Shown: one piece after another, positions 17,388-25,056 of the stretch
Position numbering within the stretch: the first letter of the stretch is position 1
How the letters are laid out: every line of letters begins with the position of its first letter
NCBI GenBank assembly: GCA_002794465.1
Contig: MTSL01000107.1
Location: 30,001 to 62,000, forward strand
Length of the DNA: 32,000 bases
From: Paramicrosporidium saccamoebae KSL3
Taxonomy: Eukaryota > Fungi > Cryptomycota
Direction: 5' to 3'
Notes under the pieces: model-generated
The model's database searches: none
What the model was told of the DNA's origin: nothing
The model's input: the letters and a program-made list of their open reading frames with translations, nothing else
Position numbers and translations under genes: made by a program

Positions 17388-19100
17388 TTATAATATGTCC
17401 AAGATACTCAGTAGAACCGTAATGACTGCAACACAGAATGGAGCAAAAAACATTAAACTAATACTCACTCTTTGAGTGGAAGCAACAGTATAATTGACCT
17501 TTGAGCCACGTGAAGCACGGGGTTCTGCTACTAGTACTGGGGCAGTGGTGTGGCCTTTAAGAATTGTACGTGGTATACAACTGAAAAAATCTACGGTGGC
17601 AAGCTGCTCCTTGACACACTGTTGAACAACCCCATAGCTATGGGAGGTGGGGGAGTAAAGCTGGTCCAAAACATCATCAGTAAATGAAAAGCCCAGATTC
17701 TCCATGTGGAATAGGCTCACACATATCGTACGAGCGATGGCTTTACAGTAGGCTATAATGGGGTAATTTTCTTTGTGGAACTTTACACCAGATTTTGTCG
17801 ATATCAATGGCCCATTTGGCGTTACTAATGCGGCTTTTAGAACCACAAGCAACGAGGTCACGGTTTTCAGGGCCAGATCGCGATGTGCACCACGATACGT
17901 GATCGGCGATCGGAATTTTGGGTTAAATACGGTGGCATCGGCCAAGTTTTCATATGTACTCCACCATTGTAAAATGCCGCGCATATCTACGCTATCCGGT
18001 CTCGTTGAAGACGCTATTATGTCTTGTTGCAATACTTTAACAACACTTCTCCATCTCTGAACATGTTGTGGCAAATCTGCCAACACAAGGGGACAATGTA
18101 AATAGTTTTGTGAAATGAGGGCAAATTTTTGTCTCAACACATTATCGTTGATGGTAATCAATCCTAGATCGCGGACCATTCTGAACGTGTTGCACAAGAG
18201 AACCGGTGGTAGATCCTTGACCTTGTGTTTTTTCACATAATCCAGGACAAACTGATGGTTCTCTTTCACATGTCGTTTGGATGCGAGCGCCAGTACCGTG
18301 TCCATATAAAGCAATTTTCCGTGCCACAGCGCCCGTCTCGCTGGCGTCATTAACTTGGTACAGTTTTCAACATATTCTAATAGTACTGGGTAAAATTTGT
18401 GCCGGCTAGGTCCAGTCAGGAATTCTTCAAGTGCCGTAAAGAATTCAGCATCGTCTACAATAACTCCCCGGATCGTTACGGGGTGAGACTGACCTAGTGA
18501 GGCAATGACGGTACTAACAGTAGTGAGCTTGCAACCGAGGTCGTAGTGCAAGGCCACATCTTTGTTACCAGTCGCCCATAGCGCATCATTCAGATCATAA
18601 GCCATTTCGGGGATCAATCGAATCACTTCCTTAACAGAGTCCGTACAATAATAAAATTCTGGCCTGAATCCCTGATTCCTAAGGATGCATCTCATGTCCT
18701 CGTCGGTAAAGTATCTTTGTCTGTCGGGGAGGTAGCCAAGTGTGGTAGGCCGGTAAAGGTGCAAGTTAGGTCGTAGACTCTCTACTAACTCGGCATTATG
18801 TGAGCAGAGACGGAACGAGAGCAGCACCGGATGTAAATCGGGTCGTGGGAGAAACTTGCGAACCATTTCCTGTGCCCTCTTGGGACCAATTTCCTGCGAG
18901 TCGTAAAAATGCTTGAGCCATCCATTACTGGTGACAAGTAGCCGAAAGAGATAGTTAATGCTCATTTCACAGTTCAAATCGTACGAATTGAACCACTTCA
19001 TAATCTCTGTATAGGATAGTTCATAAAAGATTGAATTAGATGACAGATCCATGAGGCTTGCACTAGTAGCGGAGATTAAAAACACTGAAAGGACCCTCAT
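17388..19100 (-). CDS. Orphan secreted family, paralog 3 (570 aa), with a C-terminal hydrophobic (GPI/TM-like) tail
   Basis: Signal peptide MRVLSVFLISATSA; same motifs; ends SLMFFAPFCVAVITVLLSILDIL. TATAAAT lies about 35 nt upstream. Confidence 0.85.
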   Translation of the reverse strand: MRVLSVFLISATSASLMDLSSNSIFYELSYTEIMKWFNSYDLNCEMSINYLFRLLVTSNGWLKHFYDSQEIGPKRAQEMVRKFLPRPDLHPVLLSFRLCSHNAELVESLRPNLHLYRPTTLGYLPDRQRYFTDEDMRCILRNQGFRPEFYYCTDSVKEVIRLIPEMAYDLNDALWATGNKDVALHYDLGCKLTTVSTVIASLGQSHPVTIRGVIVDDAEFFTALEEFLTGPSRHKFYPVLLEYVENCTKLMTPARRALWHGKLLYMDTVLALASKRHVKENHQFVLDYVKKHKVKDLPPVLLCNTFRMVRDLGLITINDNVLRQKFALISQNYLHCPLVLADLPQHVQRWRSVVKVLQQDIIASSTRPDSVDMRGILQWWSTYENLADATVFNPKFRSPITYRGAHRDLALKTVTSLLVVLKAALVTPNGPLISTKSGVKFHKENYPIIAYCKAIARTICVSLFHMENLGFSFTDDVLDQLYSPTSHSYGVVQQCVKEQLATVDFFSCIPRTILKGHTTAPVLVAEPRASRGSKVNYTVASTQRVSISLMFFAPFCVAVITVLLSILDIL

Positions 19101-19290
19101 TGTCAGTTTGAACCGCGGTAATTATTTTGCAATTTATATTAGTGTAAGACTAATATTAGGACGGGCGTACGGAGCCCAAAGACCAGCCACCGGACTTTGA
19201 ATCGCAGTGCTTTAACTATTTGCACTGTTAGTATAAAAGGCTTTCTATTGTACCCTATAACCAGCGATCGGTAGTCAGTAGTCGTCAGTA

Positions 19291-19339
19291 GTCTGTGGTC
19301 TGTGGTCTGTGGTCTGTGGTCTGTGGTCTGTGGTCTGTG
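19291..19339. repeat. (GTCTGTG)7 perfect heptamer microsatellite with degenerate GTCAGTA units upstream
   Basis: Seven exact copies, 19291-19339. Confidence 0.97.
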
Positions 19340-19426
19340 ATTCATTTACTCTGATCGACCCTGCATCCGCTCTATATTCACTCTGAACTCTTTATTAATA
19401 GCTTTTTAGCGACAGGGTGGCAAAGT

Positions 19427-19583
19427 CCAAGCTCAAAATCCTTACCAAAATGATAAAACGTCCAAACTCAAGCTCAACATTCTTGCCAAAATAACAAAAT
19501 TTCCAAGCTCAAAATTCTTACCAAAACGACAAAAAATTCAAGCTCAAGCCCAGAATTATCACCAAAATGGCAAAATGTCCAAG
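19427..19583. repeat. 76-nt tandem duplication (two 35/41-nt subunits each) overlapping the 3' end of paralog 4
   Basis: ccaaaa anchors at 19445, 19486, 19521 and 19562; units 19427-19502 and 19503-19578 both begin ccaagctcaaaat. Confidence 0.85.
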
Positions 19584-21200
19584 ATTAAGACTCGAATCAT
19601 TACCAACGGTAGATAATGTGATATCGTGCTCTCGGGCTGGGGATGGGGCTTTCGCATAGCGTTTAAAGACGAAAATTGGAATTGCTAACAACTCGATTTT
19701 CTTAAGCTCATCCTTGACGCACTGTTGGAGGGTTCCAGGAGAATCAACAGAGTAAAATTTATCCAAAGCCGCATGGCTGAAAGAAAATCCCAGATCGCCC
19801 ACATGGAATAGATTTGCGCAAATCGTACGAGCAAACGCTTTACAATGATCCAGATGGCGATAGTTTTCGGTAAACTCAGTACAAGATTCCGTGTACACTA
19901 ATGGCCCCCTCAGCTCTATCAATATGGATTTCAGCACCTCGAGCAGCGCCTCAACTGTTCCAATTTCTCGCTCGCCGGACGAGTCACGATAGATGATTGG
20001 TGGCTGGATAATCGGGTTAAAAAGAATGGCATCTGCTAGAATTTCGTATGCGCCCCACCAGTTCAAGAGACTCTCTTCATTCATGACTTTATCCGGTCTC
20101 TCCAGTGACGTTCTATACTGGCGCTGAAGGGCCTTGACGTCATATCTCCATCTTTGAACATGTTGCGATAGATCGTCCAGTACGGCCAGAGAGTCTGACA
20201 TATACACTGAAATTTTCATAAATTTCTTTCTCAACGCTTCATTGTCCGAATGTATTAGCCCCAGCTCCCTGGTCCTTTTAAATATCTTTCGTAGAGTGTA
20301 CGGTGGCAAAGATTCCAAATTGTGCTCCTCCACATAGGCTAGAAAGAATATTAGATAATCTGTTAAACCTGACTGGGAGCAGCGTATCAGTTGTTTGTAC
20401 GCCAATAAAAGACATTTGCCGTGCCACAGGGCACCTCTTGCTGGTGTCATGTGCTCAGTTTCCTTTTTAATGCCTCTCAACAGTACTGGGTAATGGTCAT
20501 GCCAGCTAGGTCCAGTCAGGAATCCTTCAAGTGCCGTGAAGAATTCAGCGTCGTCTGCAATAACCCTCGGAATCGATACGGGATGAGGCTGGTCTGATGA
20601 GGTGATGGCGGCACTAATAGTGATGAGTCTGTAGCCGAGATCATGTTGCAAGGGCACGTCCTTATTACCAGCCGCCCATAGTGCGTCATTCAGATCATAA
20701 GACATTTCTGGGACCAACCGAATCACTTCTTTAACGAAATTGTTATGCCAGTAAAATTCTGGCCGGAATCCTTGCTTCTTAAAGATGCATTTCATGTCCT
20801 CATCGGTGAAGTGATTGTTAAGGACAGTTTCGCAAGTAAAGTGTGTTGGGCTGTAGTTTTGTAAATGTGGTCGTATAATATTCACCAAGCCGCTATTCAT
20901 CGAGCAGAATCGAAATGAAAGCAAGGTTGGGTGTAAATTGGGCTGTGGAAGGAGCTTTTGAATCATTTTTTGTGCTCTCTTATATTCAATTTCGAAAAAG
21001 TCGTAGAGGTAGCCGTACAACTCATTTTCCGATTGAATTAGCTGTGCGATGGTATTGATACTCACGTCACAGTCAAGGTCATATGACTGAATAAGCGCTT
21101 GAATACTTTCGTAATGTAGCTCATTGAAAATCGAATTGAAAGATGTCCTAACAACAACAGCATGGACTACATAGAGGACGAATATTGCAAGAACCCGCAT
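19518..21200 (-). CDS. Orphan secreted family, paralog 4 (about 560 aa from ATG 21200), with a C-terminal hydrophobic tail
   Basis: Signal peptide MRVLAIFVLYVVHA; closest to paralog 3 (shared DDAEFFTALE.FLTGPS.H..YPVLL); ends HFAILVIILGLSLNFLSFW. Confidence 0.85.
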   Translation of the reverse strand: MRVLAIFVLYVVHAVVVRTSFNSIFNELHYESIQALIQSYDLDCDVSINTIAQLIQSENELYGYLYDFFEIEYKRAQKMIQKLLPQPNLHPTLLSFRFCSMNSGLVNIIRPHLQNYSPTHFTCETVLNNHFTDEDMKCIFKKQGFRPEFYWHNNFVKEVIRLVPEMSYDLNDALWAAGNKDVPLQHDLGYRLITISAAITSSDQPHPVSIPRVIADDAEFFTALEGFLTGPSWHDHYPVLLRGIKKETEHMTPARGALWHGKCLLLAYKQLIRCSQSGLTDYLIFFLAYVEEHNLESLPPYTLRKIFKRTRELGLIHSDNEALRKKFMKISVYMSDSLAVLDDLSQHVQRWRYDVKALQRQYRTSLERPDKVMNEESLLNWWGAYEILADAILFNPIIQPPIIYRDSSGEREIGTVEALLEVLKSILIELRGPLVYTESCTEFTENYRHLDHCKAFARTICANLFHVGDLGFSFSHAALDKFYSVDSPGTLQQCVKDELKKIELLAIPIFVFKRYAKAPSPAREHDITLSTVGNDSSLNLGHFAILVIILGLSLNFLSFW

Positions 21201-21336
21201 TGGAAGAACCCGAATCGTGGTCAAAGCGTTGCGTAGCGGGGGTGGTGCCACGTACTTTGTCACTATTACTCAGTTGGGGAGCAAGAGCCCTTTTTATTAA
21301 AGTACTTAGTGCCCTTATATGCCGCCACCCTTAATA

Positions 21337-21373
21337 TGATTGGAATGGATTCTAGGATCGCTATCTGAGTTGG
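21337..21373. repeat. 37-nt dispersed repeat, copy B (partner at 855-891)
   Basis: 35/37 identity to 855-891 in the same orientation. Confidence 0.9.
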
Positions 21374-21953
21374 GGCCCCCAATCTTACGCGGATACTGCC
21401 TAGCAAACTCTTTTATAGACTCCACACTAGAGTGACAACATGTTGAAATGGATTGATTCAAAGCGGCGCCTCAATGGCTGGTTCACTCTAAAGAAGGAAC
21501 GTTCCAGTCAGTCTACCACAAATGAACTGCGCTCTATTAATCACTTGAGATTTACTAAACATGTCGGAATTAAACGTTGATGACCCGAGTATCCTGGTAG
21601 GAAGCATGGTGTGTTGCTAAACGATATCCGCTTATGAATAGTAATCTCCATAGCTACCCCACAATCTGGTGTGTAAAGACGCTTTGAACAAGGCAATACT
21701 CCCAACACGCATTTTATTTTCAAGGCAATATTCACAAATGCCTGGTGCCTTATGACCCCGATCCAAATTCAGATAGTGGCTTCATTAGTCAAATTTGCCG
21801 TATTGGGGGTGGCAATTTACAATTACGCTACGTCTTTTCATAGCCGAATTTTCCACTAGACTCATTGGTTCTTTAGAATAGAGAGATTATTGGTTCTTAA
21901 AACTCGTGGGTCGTTAGCCCCGGAGGCCCGGGCCTGCGAGTACCAGGTGAAGC

Positions 21954-22940
21954 ATGCATATTCTACCCTTGTTTGTGCTTTTTAGCACAGTCTATGCTCT
22001 AGACTGCAACCAAGTCAAGCGAACCCCACAGGTACAGCCAGCGTCGTATCGCGGCACTGGTGCAGCGAGCCGTTCAAAGTTTGAAACGCTAGTACGTGCT
22101 CAAGCCACGCTAGCCAACCCGGCCATCCCAGCTGTATGCGACGAGGCATTTAGAGTGGTAACCTACAATATCCACTACCACCGCGACCTACATGACAGTG
22201 CTGGTAATAATGATCTGGTCAAGGGCGACTTGCTTAAATTTAACCCGTCTGCAGTGATCTTTCAAGAAGTCGAGGCGAACAGTAATGCACGGCAGGAGTT
22301 TGATAAGATGCTCGACAGTCTTGGATACAGGAATCGTGTATTTGCTGCAGCCAAGAGCGCTTGGTTGGGAAACATGATTGCAAGCAAATACCCTCTGACA
22401 AGCATCGGAAAGGTCGAGTTGAGCAGCGTGCGCGTCCTGGTTGCTGCCAGCGCCGTTATTGATGGTAAAAAACTTGCCATCCTGGGGACGCATTTGGAGG
22501 TTGGTAGCTCGGATTCTCGACAAAAAGAGGTCCAACACATCCTAGACTATATCAAGAACACAATCTCACCAACATATGACCGCTACGTACTAGGTGGTGA
22601 TATGAATGCGCACTGGAATTCAGCTGAAATCAAGACGCTTAGAAACAGTGGACGGCTGGCCGAAGTTTTTGAGACTCTTAAGGCTGACAATCCCAAATAC
22701 ACTTGTTGGGCAGGCACGACCATTGATTTCATCTTTGCAAGTCCCGTCCTTTCCAAGGAGCTATACGGGGCCTATGTTTATCAGACCATCAGCAGCGACC
22801 ATCTTCCTGTCATGGTGGATCTCAAAGGCAGTCCAGAGAAGAATGCTGCGATCCAGTCGGGTATTACGACTGAGAAGCCTTCAAAGAGTCGCTGGCGGAG
22901 AATTCTAGAGTACTTTTATTTTCCTTTTCCCTGGTGGTGA
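21954..22940 (+). CDS. Secreted endonuclease/exonuclease/phosphatase (EEP) superfamily enzyme with intact catalytic motifs
   Basis: Signal peptide MHILPLFVLFSTVYA; VVTYNIH, IFQEV, GNMIASKYP, GTHLEV, LGGDMNA, TIDFIF, SDHLPV. Confidence 0.93.
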   Translation: MHILPLFVLFSTVYALDCNQVKRTPQVQPASYRGTGAASRSKFETLVRAQATLANPAIPAVCDEAFRVVTYNIHYHRDLHDSAGNNDLVKGDLLKFNPSAVIFQEVEANSNARQEFDKMLDSLGYRNRVFAAAKSAWLGNMIASKYPLTSIGKVELSSVRVLVAASAVIDGKKLAILGTHLEVGSSDSRQKEVQHILDYIKNTISPTYDRYVLGGDMNAHWNSAEIKTLRNSGRLAEVFETLKADNPKYTCWAGTTIDFIFASPVLSKELYGAYVYQTISSDHLPVMVDLKGSPEKNAAIQSGITTEKPSKSRWRRILEYFYFPFPWW

Positions 22941-23130
22941 GAGTGCAATTCCACACCGTTAGTAACACCTAGAACTTTGTATTGGATATTGCAGTAAAAT
23001 TGCCATTTGAAAAATGTTGGAACCTCTGGCCTTTCTGGACTAATTCTCCAATCACAATAAAAAGTAATGTCGTCGCTGATTGGCTGCCTGCCCAGCACAA
23101 GCCAGGCTACAGTACCTGGTCACCAAGGAT

Positions 23131-24144
23131 ATGCTACTTGCCGTCTGGCTGCTTTGTCTCCAAGTACTGCTGGCCGAAAAATGCAGCAAAGTGAATAGAA
23201 GGCCACAAGTGCAACCGCCAAGCTTTGGTCTCATCCAACATGGAGACAAGCACAAATACGCACAACACGTCCAACGCTACGTGGCGAGCAACAAAGAGAT
23301 CCCAGCAGTATGCGACGAGGCTGTACGAGTGGCAATCTTTAATGTGAATCGTCTTGTCGACCTGTTGGAATCAAGGCCAAATAGTGCCATGCTCAGAAAA
23401 GACCTCGAGACACTGCAGCCCACAGTGGTGGTGCTCCGAAATGTTCCACCCGCGGGTGCTGAACTCGGTCGGTTTGAAAGTATTCTGGAAAGTCTCAACT
23501 ACCGATACCGCGCTGCCTGCCATGCCAGTACATTTGGGAACATGATTGCCAGCAGAATGCCGCTGATCCCTATAACGCAGGCGGATTTGGGGTATGGCTG
23601 CTGTCTCCTCGCCGGAAGTGTGCGTGTCGGTGAAGACAATGTCGCAATCATTGGCACGGCCCTTTCCACAAACGAGGAACGCCTTGCTGAGCAGACAAAA
23701 AAGGTTGTCAGATTCATTGAAGCATCCATCACCCCCACCCATCCAAACTTTGTTTTGGCGGGAAATTTTCCTGCTGTTTGGGACTCGGTCGCTTTAAGGA
23801 CAATCCATGAGAACAAAGGCTTCTCCGACGTGTTTCGTGAATTAAAGGTCCAAGTGCCTAACTATACATTCTGGAATGGGAGAGTGGAGGATTATTTGTT
23901 TGTCAGTGCACCTAGGGGAACGATTCTACCGGATGCAACAGTGCGAAAGCCACCACTAGGCGCATACACCTTCCAAACTCTCAGCAGTACCAACTTGCCA
24001 GTCGCGGTGGATCTGGATGGCGCCCCTGAAAATCCACACTTCAACGATCGTAAAGATAGATGGATTTGGACGGGGATTGGAAGCGCCGCAGTGTTTATTG
24101 TAGTCCTTGTAGCATGTATGATTATCCAAAAGGTTCGCCGTTAA
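23131..24144 (+). CDS. EEP-fold paralog with degenerate active site and C-terminal TM helix (predicted pseudoenzyme)
   Basis: Signal peptide MLLAVWLLCLQVLLA from ATG 23131; colinear with the upstream EEP (PQVQP, IPAVCDEA.RV, GNMIAS); catalytic motifs replaced; ends WIWTGIGSAAVFIVVLVACMIIQKVRR. Confidence 0.88.
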   Translation: MLLAVWLLCLQVLLAEKCSKVNRRPQVQPPSFGLIQHGDKHKYAQHVQRYVASNKEIPAVCDEAVRVAIFNVNRLVDLLESRPNSAMLRKDLETLQPTVVVLRNVPPAGAELGRFESILESLNYRYRAACHASTFGNMIASRMPLIPITQADLGYGCCLLAGSVRVGEDNVAIIGTALSTNEERLAEQTKKVVRFIEASITPTHPNFVLAGNFPAVWDSVALRTIHENKGFSDVFRELKVQVPNYTFWNGRVEDYLFVSAPRGTILPDATVRKPPLGAYTFQTLSSTNLPVAVDLDGAPENPHFNDRKDRWIWTGIGSAAVFIVVLVACMIIQKVRR

Positions 24145-24280
24145 CAGCTGGACTAGCATCAGCTGCGTCCCAATCCTCGGCTCTCAGCCTTGGCCGTCCA
24201 AGAGACGCGCGATTGACTATCTCCCTCTCACACCCAACACCCTTCAATAGTAAACAATTTATTATCCCGCCTTGACTCAA

Positions 24281-24643
24281 TTAGAGCATGTAGAACATAG
24301 CTAAGCTACCGACAAAGGCAGCAACCATTCCGGCCAAACCAGCAAAGTTCTGTCTGGCAGCATTCTCGGAAGTCTCAGTGGTGGAGGAGGAAGAAGTGCT
24401 GCTGCTCTCGGTCTCAGTGGTGGTCTGGGTGGCGAGGATGGAGCTCACTAGGGAGGACAGGTCGCTCTCGTATTCGGTAAACTCGCCAGTGAAAGTGGTT
24501 TGTGCGCTGATCTGAGAGAGGATGGAGGAGTGGAGCTCTGCGTTATCAGAGATGATGGACGAAACAAATGCCGGGACGTTGCGGCCAGCTGAGGCACAGG
24601 ACAAGAAGGCGAGGGCGAGGAAGAAGGCGACGAGCTTGTACAT
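24281..24643 (-). CDS. Small Ser/Thr-rich, probably GPI-anchored surface protein (120 aa)
   Basis: Signal peptide MYKLVAFFLALAFLSCASA, S/T stalk TQTTTETESSSTSSSSTTETS, small-residue ENAA omega-like site, hydrophobic C-terminus. Confidence 0.85.
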   Translation of the reverse strand: MYKLVAFFLALAFLSCASAGRNVPAFVSSIISDNAELHSSILSQISAQTTFTGEFTEYESDLSSLVSSILATQTTTETESSSTSSSSTTETSENAARQNFAGLAGMVAAFVGSLAMFYML

Positions 24644-25056
24644 TGAGGCGTTGTGTGGGCGTCTGTTTGTCCTCCCTTTTATGCCGCGACATCTTTGTTT
24701 GAATTTCCCATTTAGGCAGCATGGCCAAATTTGGAAATATTAGTTTAAAGACGGTAAACAGTGGGCTAGTCAGTGTTAAATACCAGTGTAAACTTAAACG
24801 AGACGAGGAGGGACGAAATGAGATGAGGCAGGATGAAAACCCGTTTATTGCTAATCCTAAAATCGTAAGCATGCACATCTCAACGTCCTCAACTACTCAC
24901 AGCTAACCAATCTAACATTCGCCCTATCGACTCACCGACGATAAACAGCGAATTAATGCCGCCAACTCCCTCTACTAAACAAAGCCAATCGTATGAATAT
25001 TCCTTTATTAGATCGTGAATCGAGACAATGAACTAGCCAATGGTTGGGCCAATGGT

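Noticed and set aside
13715-21373. Paralog array as a transposon or endogenous virus
   Set aside because: No transposase, integrase, RT, capsid or polymerase motifs, and no terminal inverted repeats or LTRs were seen.
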